DNA of 64,000 nucleotides from Octopus vulgaris. Lineage: Eukaryota. Under the pieces are notes generated by a model, which searched no databases, had not been told where the DNA came from, and worked only from the letters and a program-made list of their open reading frames with translations. The stretch covers positions 98,332,001 to 98,396,000 of the forward strand of contig OX597821.1 of the NCBI GenBank assembly GCA_951406725.2. Reading direction: 5' to 3'. Shown in pieces: positions 1-12,326 of this stretch. Positions within the stretch are counted from its first letter, which is position 1; every line of letters begins with the position of its first letter. Both the position numbers and the translations under genes were made by a program.

Positions 1-939
1 ATGTAAAAGACATATATTATTAGATTTATGTATGTTTATATATGTGTAGCAGAGCTATGTTTGTGCACACATGTAAATGTAATGGAGTTATACATGTGTA
101 GTTTTGCTACATATTCATACTTATATACATTTGTGCATACATGTAGGTAATGTGGTAGAATTTTATAGGTATGATTTATCTATGTAAGCCACTATCCCCG
201 AAATACTGGGAAAATAAATAATGATCAAATCAGAGATGTGAGTAGGAGAAGAGAGGTTAAAGTAAGCGGAGGGGGACTACACCTGTATACCCATATTATT
301 GATTGAGCAATTTTTACACCTTGATGTGTATGTGTGCATTTCTAAGAGTGAGTGACTGAGTATGGATACATTTTTGTTTGTCTTCTCTACAAAAATACCA
401 ACCCGCTCCCACTATTTTATCAACAGGCAACTCCAGGTATATTATACTTTTGTAATGTTATATCTATTTGGCAATCAAATAAATTATCTGTCTATCTGAC
501 TTGTTCAGATTGCCTGTACAATCAGTGTGTGATAATGGAGAAGTGTGTTTGAGAGAGAGAGAGAGAGAGAGAAAGAGATGCTGAATATTTCAAATTCATT
601 TTCCCATGCTAGTATGAAATAGCGAGGTCCCATAGCAGTTTGTCATAGTAATCATTTGTCATCTGACACACAAACAGCTGTGCAAGTCATGTTTTGTGAC
701 ATAGATTTTACAGTTGGATGCACTTCTTAATACGAACCCCTTTGCAACATGAAGCGTGTGTATTTCATCATTACATCAGTACCAGTTGTCGGTAGCAAGT
801 GCCTGCTGCAGTTTTAGTAGTATTACTGCTCTTGTTGACAAATTGCTTTTACTGAAGCTTACAGAGTTCAAGTCTCCTTCATAAAACGAGGGCATAACCC
901 TTTTTGAATACTGCAAGCCTAATGCCCAGTTCGAAGTGT

Positions 940-1975
940 AACAGAGGACCTTAATGAGGCAAGTGGTCTCTACATCTGATGCTGTCTGATGGCAACTATT
1001 CAACTTGAGGCAACCACAATTCCATACCAAGATAATAGAAAAGCCCATGCAGGAGCTGCTTTATGGCCCTGGTGCTGTGCTTGTTAAACAGAAGTTGCTG
1101 AATTCTTTGTCACTGTGAAGACAGAAGTTTCTCACCAGCCCACAGCTCCCCTTACATTACCATCAGTGAAACAGAGCTGAAGACAGTGCACCAGTTGAGC
1201 TACCTGAGGAGCATCATCTCGTTAGATGCAGGTGCAAGATCAACAAAGTTATTAATAAGAGATTGGCAAAAGCAAAGAGCAGTTGACTGTACTAGAAGGG
1301 TCTGGAACTGCAAGTAACTGAAGGATTGTACAAAGATCATTGTGTATAAAGCCTGTATACTGATCACCCTCCTATAAGGCTCTAAGTCGTAAGTTACCCA
1401 ATTGCCAAATCTGGCTCCTAGATCACTTCCATAATCACTGTTTTTGTACCAAGTAACTTTGCTATCAATATTAAAGTCATTAAAGCAGGTGTAAGTCACC
1501 AGAATGATGGTCATATTGATGAAGTTGAAGCTGTACTGGGCAGAGCACATGTCCAGTAAGGAGGATCACTGCCTGTTTAAGATTGTGTTCTATGGAAAAC
1601 TCCCTACTGGTCACTGTAACAGAGAGGCACCAAAGAAAAGAAAGAAAGATATAAGAACTCTCTGAAGAAATCTCTTGGTAACAATCACATTGGTCATTTC
1701 TAGTGATCTACTTCAACTTCCACTTCAAAGCCTGGAGAGACACCATTCACCAGTTATTCTCAACTGAGAATGCATGCCAGCATGACCTTGATGGAAAGAG
1801 ACGTTTGAGGAAAAGCAATAACACAGTAGTACCAAACCCAGAAGAGAATCTTCCTTGCAGACAGGCCTGCCTGTCTTGTATTGGAGTCCACAGCACCTCA
1901 ATGAGCCTGCAATCAATGTGGACAACCCTCATCAAGAATTTCCCTTCATTCACAAAACCAAGCCATCATTGTGAT
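940..1975 (+). mobile_element. Decayed RTE-clade LINE, 3' part of the reverse transcriptase ORF
   Basis: Hand translation across frameshifts gives RTE-like blocks in the expected order: LFNLRQPQFHTK..ELLY (~1000-1070), YLRSIISLDA..RLAKA (~1200-1275), TKIIVYKACILITLL*GS (~1330-1385), LYWAEHM..LFKIVFYGKLPTGH (~1530-1615), AWRDTIHQ (~1730). Many stops. Confidence 0.8.
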
Positions 1976-2150
1976 GAGAGGTTTATTCAGAGCTCTCAAC
2001 ATTCTAGATGGACCAGCCACCTTCCTTAGACCTTAGAAGGTTTTTCCATGACTGTAGAGGGATAGAATCAACTACCAAGGGGACTCATAGTAGTGTCTAA
2101 AGCTGTTGAGAATAACAGTTGCTACTGTGATGCAAGAATGGGGAACTTAA

Positions 2151-2372
2151 CCCTTTAGTGTTCGCATTATTCTGTCAAAATTAATGTTTCTTCATCTGCA
2201 TTGTTTTGAATTAATCATGCATTATCTTGTAGCTATGAGATTTTGATAAGGTAGTTGTTAATTTTTTTAAACAATATTGCAGAGTTGGTGTGGGAGACCA
2301 GATCTGGCCAGTTTGAACATAAAACAGGTAGAATATTTTTGGCCGGATATGGCCTGTTTAAATGCTAAAGGG
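2151..2372. mobile_element. piggyBac-like MITE family P1 (~220 bp)
   Basis: TTAA|CCCTTTAG...CTAAAGGG|TTAA ends. Other copies: 5463-5682, 10943-11163, 20646-21199 (interrupted), 24400-24620, ~26360-26585, ~28080-28860 (tandem, interrupted), ~54555-55020 (interrupted). Confidence 0.75.
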
Positions 2373-3527
2373 TTAATTACAACTATCACATGGAAGCTTA
2401 CGGTGGCATCTTTCTTGGGTGCTATCCACTTCCATCTATCACTTTATTTTTTAATGATTAATATCATCCTAGAAAGGGTGCATTTTCTTCAAATTGTGGA
2501 GTTCACGTGCCCCTGCTATTACATCAGAACCCTTATATACTGCTTATCTTCCCTATAGCTGAGAAGCAAAGCCTCTTCACAATGCAGTGAAAGAGTTTAG
2601 TTACCATGGAAGCTCCCTAAGGTTGTTGGGAATAAAATATTGTTTCTGCAATGTAGACAGAGGAGAGGAGGTTTAGAGCAGCAGTCTGAAGCAGCTGGGA
2701 AAGAGGCTTGTTTCCATGATGTAAGTGGAGGGGAAGCCTAGCTACCAAAGGAACTTATTGTGATAGGCTATAGCCAGCCAAGCACAAGTTTGTTGATGTT
2801 TTTGTTTTAGATCAGAGGCATGGCTGAGATGGCAGTTATTCCAAATATTATGTAATTAAATACATTAGGCTCATAAACTTAATAATGACTCAATAGGGTA
2901 GAATATAGCCATAATAATAATATAAGTTGACTGTGTTGTTCAAAAGTTGTGCCTCCAGACCACTGAGTCATAGCCATTAGTGTTTTTGTCTGTGTGTGTG
3001 TGTGTATTTTTATGTGTCATCATTCACTCACCTATGTAGCCATCTACCTACCTACCAAGCAAAACCAGGAATCCTGGATCTTGAATTATTCAATAATATT
3101 TTTTGCTAGTCTATTTTGTCCCTCTGTCTTATCTCATGGTATGATATGAACATTTAACGTGGCTTTTAAAGTCAGGGTTTTGACTGCTATTTCGGCATGG
3201 TGGTGTCTCTCAGACACCCTTATTTTTAGTTGTACCTACCTATTTGTGTATCTATCTACAAACATGTGTGTTTGTTTATCTACTTACCTACATCTATTTA
3301 TCTTTCTATTACATCGTATAAAAGTCAAAGACACGAATGCCGTACCTCTCCCCAGTGTAAAATGCTGTGTAGGAAATCAATTATATTTAATGAACTGGGA
3401 TGTGTTGGTGAACTAGTTTACAGCTACTCTGTTGGTCTGGTACAGGGTGTGTTTATATGTGAGAAACTGTATCTGTGAGAGAACGAGAGACAGTACAAAC
3501 ATGTGCCTAAGCGCGTGAATGAATTAA

Positions 3528-3745
3528 CCCTTTCGTTACTGCATTTATTTTGAGATGTTCTGTTTTTTTCAATTACTTTAAATATAACAAAGAATTTAGT
3601 AAAATAACTCAGTTTTCATTCAGCTAGTGTTAGGAACATAAATTGTGACTAAGGTTTGGTGGAAGATTTTAATTAAAAACTTATGAAAACAAGGCATTTG
3701 TACTCAGAACCAGAGGAAGTTTCAGGCAGGTTGGTAACAAAAGGG
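3528..3745. mobile_element. piggyBac-like MITE family P2 (~220 bp)
   Basis: TTAA|CCCTTTCGTTAC...GTAAC(G/A)AAAGGG|TTAA ends with near-identical internal sequence in copies at 8975-9193, 18979-19198, 21452-22563 (interrupted), 35011-35230 and 48134-48348. Confidence 0.8.
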
Positions 3746-6700
3746 TTAAAGTGTATACATGACAGAGTGTGTATGTGCACGTGCACACACGCACACACAG
3801 GGATAAAGTATATGTGTGTGTGTGTATGGTCAAGTTGTGTAAGGGAAAATATGTATATGAGGAAGTGTAAACATGTTGAACATGTGCAAATGGAAGCATG
3901 AATGAATGGATGAGAAATGTGTTGTGTGTGTGTGTGTAAGTGCGTGCATGTCTGCACTCAAATACATGTGTACAAATATAAGTGTGCGTACATTGTTACT
4001 AACAAAGGACGATGTGACCAGATCCACTTGCAACCACTATCAGCTGGAAGGCATACGGAAACAAAACACACATCGCAGGACTTAATCATTAAACCAACCA
4101 GCTGATATTTTAGTGAGTCACACCTGCTCTTGTGTACTTATTCCCCACCCCCAAAGCAAGGAGAGAGAGAAAAGCAGCAGTAGTAATACTCATGGCAGTA
4201 ATATATCCATGCACAGTCATACATACATACAATATATATTACACAATACACACGCGTACACACACACACAAACGAAGGGGGATAACTGAGTCAGACCTTT
4301 GTAAGGCTTTCTTTCTGTAAATGACTCACCCAGGAAAAAACTTTTAGTCATACAAGTAACCCCTTCTTCCTCATGCCCTATTCGCCAATCCTACAAGATA
4401 TCTTGTGTAATAAATCACTAAACTACCTGCCCTGCCCTTCCCCGACAAACACTGTTGGCTGTCAGTCAATTTCTCTCACTCAGGCTCAGGATGGTGTCAA
4501 AAATATTTGATGAGTAACAAAAAAACAATCAAAATTGGGGTTAAGTTTCCCACGAGAAGTGTTATGTAATAATTTCAAGCTAAATCCTTAGTTGGAGATT
4601 GACTTTTCTAATTCTCATTCAAGGAGAATACAGGGCCTCATTATCTCTGCACTCTCTTTCCAGACTGGCGGGGTCAATGTATTTGATATTCAGTTCAAAC
4701 AGCCGCAGGTTGTTATATTTCAGTCCTAGATTGGACCTGACTGAGCAGATCTGTTATTTAAGTTGTTACAGCCATAAAAATCCCATCTTTTTATGACAAG
4801 AATAATGTATCCAAGATTAAATTATCCAATGAATCCACTTCTTTATCAAGAGAATAGGAGAGAAATTTAGCTGTTATTTTTAGTAAGTCAAGTATCTACC
4901 AAGAAGCTTCAAGTAATAAATATGTGATGGTGATATTTGCAATGCTTTGAAGCTTTAGATAAAAATATTTGGTAAAGTGTATGGCACAGAGGTTTTGTGA
5001 GGGTGGTAACAGGGTAAGAAGCAGATTGGTCAAGTGAGCTTATCTGGTGGACACTAGTTCTAATTGTTTTTAGTAGTAGTAGTAGTAGAAGAGGAGGTTA
5101 GTGGATGATACTCTCTGGTCTACTAGTTGTAGTGTGTTGTTGCATAGAGATTCCTGACAGCCTTTGATTCACTATGGTGAAATAGGGAGAATTGTGGTAG
5201 TTGTAGTAGAAACAGAGAGAGAGGTTAGTTGTTGGTGGGCTGATGGGAGAGTGAAGGCTTACTAATTATTCAGATGGCTTTCCTTCAGAGAAGTAGGTAC
5301 CATTGTTACATTCGAAAGTTGAAATGGTGAGATGATGCACCAAGTCAGTGAGCTGTTGAGGGAAGGTTTGGTAATCAACCATATGAAGAGCTATCCAAAA
5401 ACAAATTATCTTCTTTCTTTGTGATGAATATACCCTAAATGTTGCTTTTATTTATTCCTTAACCCTTTAGTGTTCAGATTACTCTGTTAAATGTAATACT
5501 TTTTCACTCAAATTGTTTTGAATAAATCATGCATTATCTTAGAGCTTTGAGGTTTCAATGATGTGATTGTTTATTTTTAGAATGACATTGTAGGGTAGGT
5601 GTGAGAGGCTAGATATTGTCAGTTTGAATATAAAACATGTGGAATTTCTGGGCCTGATATGGTCGGTTTAAACACTAAAGGGTTAAATGTTGACTGTAGT
5701 AGATAAAAACAACTGGTCATTTCAAATTCTAGTGAGCCAATGATTGTGAGGTTAGGATACTGAACTACTGTTACGACAGAGTCATAAGTTTAAAGCTTAC
5801 CACAAGAATCATTGCATTGTGTTTTTTTGATATTCAGGCTATCAAAGGTGGCAAACTGGCAGAATCGTTAACACGCCGGCCAAAATGCTAAGCAGCATTT
5901 CAATCTGGCACTACATTCTGAGCTCAAATTCCACCAAAGTTTATTTTGCTTTCCATCCTTTTGGTGCGGTTGATAAAATAAGTACCAGTTGAGCACTGGG
6001 GTTGATTTAATTGACTTGGCTCCTGCCACCAAACTGCTGTCATTGTGCCAAAATTTGAAACTAATATTCGGGCTATCTAGGAGAATCAGCCCGCAAAGTT
6101 CATGGAAACTGCCCATTTTCCCATTACTACCTTACAGAGGGAAAAAGATGGGGAAATGGACACAAAAATGGTTTTAATAATCATCTTAATGTCCCCTTTC
6201 ACATGGGTTAGAAGGTATTTGTTAAGGTAGATTTTCTACAATGGGATATCCTTCTTGTCACCAACCCTCCTGTTTCTAACCATAACATTTCCCCCAAGAC
6301 CAGACATGTTTTCATGGAAGACTGGAAACAGAAGACAACACTTGCATGAGAGTGACACTTGTTTATAATTATTATGCGATGTCAAGGCAAGGAGACAAAC
6401 ACTTTCAGCTTCTGTCTACCAAATCCACTCACAAGGATTTGGTCTTTGCAAAGTTTGATTATATGCACAGATATGATTTAACTGTTATCTATGTCTACTG
6501 GGCAATATATCAACACTTTAATGTAAGAACAGTTAAGAAGTGATAATTATAATGATGCACCTAACGAAGTACAGGACAACGACCTGGCCACAATCATCTC
6601 TCCAACAAAGCGATTAATGTAATCCATATAGAAATAATTGTCAAGAACAGGAAAGAACATCTCCATAGTCTGATAGACATTTCAATTCCTTCTAACCAAA

Positions 6701-6803
6701 ACATCATTTAGAAGTAAGTTGAGAAACAATCAAAATACAAGCATTATGAGAACTACCCACTTCAATGAAACCAAGTTCTGAAAGTGATGTGTATTCCACT
6801 TAA

Positions 6804-6990
6804 ATCATCATCATCATCGTTTAACGTCCGTTTTCCATGCTAGCATGGGTTGGACGGTTCAATTGGGGTCTGGGAAGCCAGAAGGCCCGCCAGGCCCAGT
6901 CTGATCTGGCAGTGTTTCTACGGCTGGATGCCCTTCCTAATGCCAACCACTCCATGAGTGTAGTGGGTGCTTTTTACGTGCCACCTGCAC
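6804..6990 (-). mobile_element. SINE family C fragment ((ATG)n tail, AGGAAGGGCATCCAGC core)
   Basis: Same sequence recurs at 20814-21144, 21499-22388, 37659-38003, 49562-49927 (all minus) and 48837-49152 (plus). Older degenerate copies lie near 6180-6400, 18625-18850 and 32185-32400. Confidence 0.75.
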
Positions 6991-7049
6991 AACACGCAAT
7001 ACAATTTAAATTAGCGTGCAGAAATGGAACAGTCCAGATGGAGCTGTGC

Positions 7050-7975
7050 ACATACTGTTTACCACGGCTTTTACATTAGATTATCTGCTAATTAGTTAGC
7101 ATTAAGTATCTATATGAAGTTTGGCTGTATGTAATGTCTGTTTTCTCGAACAGCTGCTTCTACTGAGTACTGCTGTTGGTTTATTTATTATAAAGGACTA
7201 TAGCTTCAACTGCGTACTGCTTTTTGATTCACTGTAAGGTTTGTTGCTGTTATTATTACTGTTTAACTATTGTTATCACGTTTGTTGATTCCTCGTAAGG
7301 GAAACGTTGTTGTGTTGCATTTGTTAAATAATTGTAAACTGTAACCCTCCCCTTTGGGAGAAGGAGCTTTGGTTATTGTTTAAAAATTGAATTGTGTCCC
7401 TGTTTAGGGAAATTGACAATATTTTCACCATTTATACGAAAGCATCTTTGTTAAAATGCCTTCGATAGAAGAAAGTCCAAAAATGAATTTCGCTGCAGCC
7501 GTTGGCAGGCGCGAACTCATTAAAATTAAAATGGAAGAAATACAAACCTATTTCAGAATGATCACCGACAAAGACGGTGAATCTAGGATTACACCACCAA
7601 ACGAAATAAAAATTAAATTAAAGAAAAGACTATTGTCTATAAAATATACAATGTAGAGAAAAAAGATTTGAACACCTGGAGGAAAGCACCATCGAAAAGT
7701 GTCTTGGTGCGACTATGAAAGATATCTAACCAGAGGCGGTAAATTCGCCACAATAGAAGCAAGTTTTGAGTCAACGGAGCGTACAAGGGAGTACTCGACT
7801 CGAACCTTGCAAAGTGGAAATATTTTATTTTTACCTTTATATCTGGGACATAGGACATCCCGGATAAAAATTTAAAATGTTCCCCCAGAAGTAGATGTAG
7901 GCTGGATTGTAGCCACACTTCTATACAAGAGGGAGGACAAGATACGATTGATCGAAATTGCAAGAGACGGGCCTA
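7050..7975 (+). mobile_element. Probable 5' UTR plus broken ORF1 of a non-LTR retrotransposon (L1/Tx1-like)
   Basis: A T/G-rich leader is followed by an ATG at 7456 and a purine-rich, frameshifted ORF with the segments HLEESTIEKCLGATMK, YLTRGGKFATIEASFES and YLGHRTSRIKI*NVPPEVDVGWIVATLL. These resemble ORF1 RRM-like regions. Family assignment is from resemblance only. Confidence 0.4.
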
Positions 7976-8117
7976 CAATTCCAGTCTGTTATATATTTTG
8001 AGTATTGTTATCACTAGCGATATCAAGATATAACTTTGTATTTTGTATTTATGTGTAGATGTATATATAAGGATGTGCATGTAATATGTACACATATATA
8101 TACACATATATACATGC

Positions 8118-8158
8118 ACTAGCACTATGACCCGGCAACGACGGGTCATAATGCGAGT
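8118..8158. repeat. Short palindrome, possible Helitron/Helentron subterminal hairpin
   Basis: ACTAGCACTATGACCCG-GCAACGA-CGGGTCATAATGCGAGT folds into an imperfect ~17-bp stem. Confidence 0.35.
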
Positions 8159-8279
8159 ACTCTATAAAGTGGTCAGTGTTAAGCAAGGCATCATTACCAA
8201 AATATAACTTCTGAGCAAGATATGGTCTTCTGATTCCCAGCCTATACCTGCACGGAAAGCAGGTGTGAAAATAGGTGCA

Positions 8280-8535
8280 GGTATGTGTAGTATATAGGAG
8301 ATGTAGATAGTGTACTATGAGGTATACAATGCACCTGGCTGTAGGTTGGTGTTCTATTGTATACCTAGTTGTCAGGTGTACTGTGAGATATGTAGTACAT
8401 TTAGTTGAAAGTAGTGAACTATGAAACATAGTTCTATGAAAGATATAGTGCATCCAGCTGTAGGTAGCTGTATTATGAGGCATATAGTATTCCTAACTAT
8501 ATGTAGCTGTATTATGTAAGACATAATACTGCTGT
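8280..8535. repeat. Degenerate minisatellite
   Basis: Recurring GTGTACTATGAGGTATA / GCTGTATTATGAGGCATA-like units with irregular spacing. Confidence 0.45.
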
Positions 8536-8791
8536 TAAGTGTAAGAACAGAAGTAACCTTGTAACCATAAAGAGCCAAGTCTAATTCTTCCTGAGTAAAA
8601 AAAAAAAGAGCTTGTCATGATTATCAGGACTTTTAATCAAGATTCAGATTGATTTTCCATTGATTTAGAGATACAGAAAAACCAGAGATAACAGCTAAAC
8701 CTGTACTTTCTCATAATTTGGAAGAAGTGATATTATATGGCAAGCATGACATCACAGTGCAGTGATTGGAAAGAGTAGAGGAGTAACATAC

Positions 8792-8879
8792 CTGATCATA
8801 GAGGTAGTCAAATGTCACTTTATCCTTCTGCTGGAGAGTTTTGTAGGAATCAGGCATATAACGTACCCGGAGTTCAAAC
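8792..8879 (-). CDS. PTK2: Focal adhesion kinase, FERM-domain exon (88 nt)
   Basis: Acceptor ttatgcag| at 8881-8880 and donor CAG|gtatgt at 8791-8790. Encodes (R)FELRVRYMPDSYKTLQQKDKVTFDYLYDQ, matching vertebrate FAK [29 protein letters not shown]. Its phase-2 start completes the AG|G codon left by the upstream exon. Confidence 0.93.
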
Positions 8880-9819
8880 CTGCATAATGTAAACAAAAAT
8901 AAAAGTTAACATATGAGACAGACAGAGAGAAAGAGCACCATGTTAGATGGCATTCTAGTACTGCTTAACCTTAACCCTTTTGTTACTGTATTTATTTTGA
9001 GATGCTTTGGGCTTCTTTCAATTACTTTAAATATAACAAAGAATTTCGTAAAATGACTCGGTCATCATTCAGCTAGTGTTAGGAACATAAATTGTGACTA
9101 AGGTTTGGTGGAAGATTTTAATTCAAAACTTTTGAAAACAAGACATTTGTACTCAGAGCAGAGCCGGTTTCAGCCGGGTTGGTAACGAAAGGTTTAAGTT
9201 GCAGTATGATGGCTGAATTGTTAAAAAGTTTGCTTCACAACTATGCAGCCCCCCCCCCCATGGCACCTGGGACAAATGTAATTTTTTTATAGCTTCAAGT
9301 TGACCCATAACTTGTGAATGAAGCTGGGTAGATAGAAACTGCATAGAAGCCAATTGGATGAATCATATGAGTAATATAAAGGTACAGCCATGTCACACTG
9401 TGCCATGTTGACTATACTTGGGAATTACATTGAGTGTACATTTGTCTGTAGAATACTCAGTCACTTACATGTTAATCCAATGTACATTTAATTCAGTTGG
9501 TCCAAACAGTTGAATCCTCATCATTGAAACTGGCAGAAATCATTTTCCCATCCAACCATCTTACGTATACTGAGCATCAACCTTTCAACCATTTATTTAG
9601 CCATAGATTAGATCTAACCCATCAGACCTATTATTAAAAGGTGCTCCAGTTGATACTATACATCTTTATTTTTTTAGATATAGTTTACCTAGGGTTACAT
9701 TATCAAGTCTATTCTTCCTTTTTTTAAGTTGGGTACAAAAAATTCAGGGTGAATACTAGATAACTGTAAGCACCTGTATATGCCAGTTAGTGGTGTAGGT
9801 GATAGGGTATATTTATCAA

Positions 9820-10076
9820 AAGAAAAACAGGATGCAAAGGATTTAGTGGTACATATGTTTCTGGCTTTATTAGACAGTTTATATCAATGCATAATTGATG
9901 TAACATGTATGTCAATAGCCTTCCTCAGCCGCGCACAATTACCACACCAAAGACATGTATTACATTATAAGTTTGGGAAAAAGACATACATATTACATTG
10001 ATTATGCATTGATATAAACTGTCTAATAAAGCTAGAAACATATGTACTGCTAAATCCTTTGCATCCTGTTTTTCTT
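9820..10076. repeat. Long inverted repeat (94-bp arms, 69-bp spacer)
   Basis: Arms 9820-9913 and 9983-10076 are reverse complements with 6 mismatches by hand count. Confidence 0.9.
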
Positions 10077-10221
10077 CCTTTTTTTAAGGTAGGTAAGTTA
10101 AACTTGAGACAGCACACATTCTATATGGTTAATACAGTACACCTAGCAGTAACAGAATATATGGTCTCTCAGAATATAAGTATAACATATAGCAAAATAG
10201 TAAACAGCGTTAAACACTTAC

Positions 10222-10397
10222 CTCCACACTTCGTAAGGATGTTTCAGATTATATTTCTCTTGAACTTGGAACATGGTCAGGTCATTATGCAACCAAAAGC
10301 TCTCTCGCGATTGTGTATGTACCAACTTCAGAGCATAACATCGGGAATAAACTGACTCACTCACATTTAGACGACCAACAACCAGCCGAATTATATC
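10222..10397 (-). CDS. PTK2: Focal adhesion kinase, FERM-domain exon (176 nt)
   Basis: Acceptor (T)n-ccccc-aag| and donor AG|gtaagt. Encodes DIIRLVVGRLNVSESVYSRCYALKLVHTQSRESFWLHNDLTMFQVQEKYNLKHPYEVW(R), homologous to FAK GIIQKIV..CYGFRLSHLRSEEVHWLH.DMGVSSVREKYELAHPPEEWK. Phase 0 in, phase 2 out. Confidence 0.93.
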
Positions 10398-11924
10398 CTT
10401 GGGGGAAAAAAAAAAAAAGACATAAATGAATGAAGCATTTATAACGGTAAGATCCCACCTGGTTTTCTTCAACTTGATCACCCACCCTTCGTCTGTTGTA
10501 AGGTAATCAAGAAAATTTCTAGACCTTTTGTGATTAAGTATATCCATCAGTGAGTGAATGAGAGATCAAACATTACTGAGTTCAAGATGAGACCAAGTGG
10601 ATTATTCAACAACTCTGGTCACTACTCACAGGAAGAACTGAGGTTAGCAAGCCTCTTGTGCATTCTACAATGTTACCATCACCAAATTTTAGTTCCATTA
10701 ATTTCATATGAATATATTAACATATTTAATATGATTATTCTTATAATTGGTAAAGTGTTAAACAGACAAGAAACCATACTATTCTATGAATGCATCAATA
10801 TATCTAACACAGAATTATAATAAACTAAAGTGTTAAACCTGAGACAACATATATCATTCTATACAGTTAGTATATCTAAAAGTAACAATGTTTCCTAAGC
10901 TATAAGAATGAGGGACAAGTCAAAGTGTTTCATGGTCTTTAACCCTTTAGCATTTAAACCGGCCATATCCAGCCAAAGGTATTCTGTCTGTTTTATGGTC
11001 AAACTGGCCAGATCTGACCTCTCACACCAACCCTACAATATGGTTTTAAAAATTAATAGCTACCTCATCAAAATCTCAATGCTACAAGATAATGCATGAT
11101 TAGTTCAAAACAATGTGGATAAAAAATAATTAATTTTGGCAGAATAATGCGAACACTAAAGGGTTAAGGGGGTAATTGTTTCTCAGGATGCTAGACCATC
11201 AAAAAAATACTCTCAAATGATTTTGTACTTATTTCTCAGACAAATAGGTCAACTGAGATTTGTAGAATCAAATATACTTCCACAAATGGGTAACAAAAAT
11301 GCCTGCAATGAAATTTGAAACCCTGTTTATAGACAGTTCAATACAGAACCAATGTCACCAATTAACTTCCATGGTTGTGATTGTTTAGCCCTAGGTGAGC
11401 TCTGATTGATTAGACCCTAAGATCAAATCTTTCCAGATATACCATTTTGTCTTATTTACAGGAATAAGCATTTTTGATACATTATTCAAAGTGTCCTCAA
11501 TTTTTCAAATGGCAGGATGTGACATGGGGGAGATTGGACTGTTATTTTTAGCATACAGAGGTTCCTACAGTAGGTTGTAATGCTGACAAAACAACAAATA
11601 TAAGTGATGGCAGTGGGCAAATTCATTAATCTGTTAGTTTACTGAAGCATCTATGATCGCTTCCTATTTATGTAGAATGTCTCAGAAGTAAATCAGTCAA
11701 GACAGAGACAGCTGCCATTTCACAAGCTATACTCACAGACTGAGTTAAACTCATCTGCTAAATAACCACTTATCAAATTTTGCAGTACTTTGCCACTACT
11801 TAAAGTGATGAGTGGTTCCAATGTGTGATACCCGTTTTCTGCACAATGGACTGAACCTGCATCTTGGCCACAGACACAACACACTGGAGACAAGATCAAA
11901 ATAAATCAGCTCCAATTATTTCTC

Positions 11925-12266
11925 TATTCTTGCTCACAACATCATAAGCAGAAAGAGTAATCTCTCGAAAGAGCTGTTCTTCACTCCTGCTCCAGAGCGT
12001 CAGCTGCGAGGTCACTCCGAAAAGCTCTATCTGCGACGATTTCATCTCAATCGAAGGAGAGGAGCTTTCTCCGTCCAGGTTGCGGATCCATGGAATAAGC
12101 TGCCGGACGAGATAGTGAAGATGCCGACGACCGCTAGGTTCAAAGTCTCTCTTGACCAGAAATGGCCTGAACTCTTTGCATGAACACCCTCTCTGTACAT
12201 AACTCCATGTCCCCCTACATGGCCTTGCTTTTTGCTTTTTGAGCCAAAAAATTAACTAACTTAACT
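11925..12266 (+). mobile_element. CR1/L2-group LINE 3' fragment
   Basis: Encodes LRGHSEKLYLRRFHLNRRRGAFSVQVADPWNKLP, a typical RT C-terminus, then a 3' UTR and a (TAAC)n-like tail. Confidence 0.8.
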
Positions 12267-12326
12267 TAGTCCCTTATTTACTCAACTACTGGCATTCTTC
12301 AAAGAAAGATGGAGAAAGCATTAGAA

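Noticed and set aside
1-8790. Next FAK exon (expected ...LGCLEIR-like peptide)
   Set aside because: Not found by eye. Candidate donors near 3030 and 4328 lack matching coding sequence. It probably lies outside the window, and TBLASTN would settle this.
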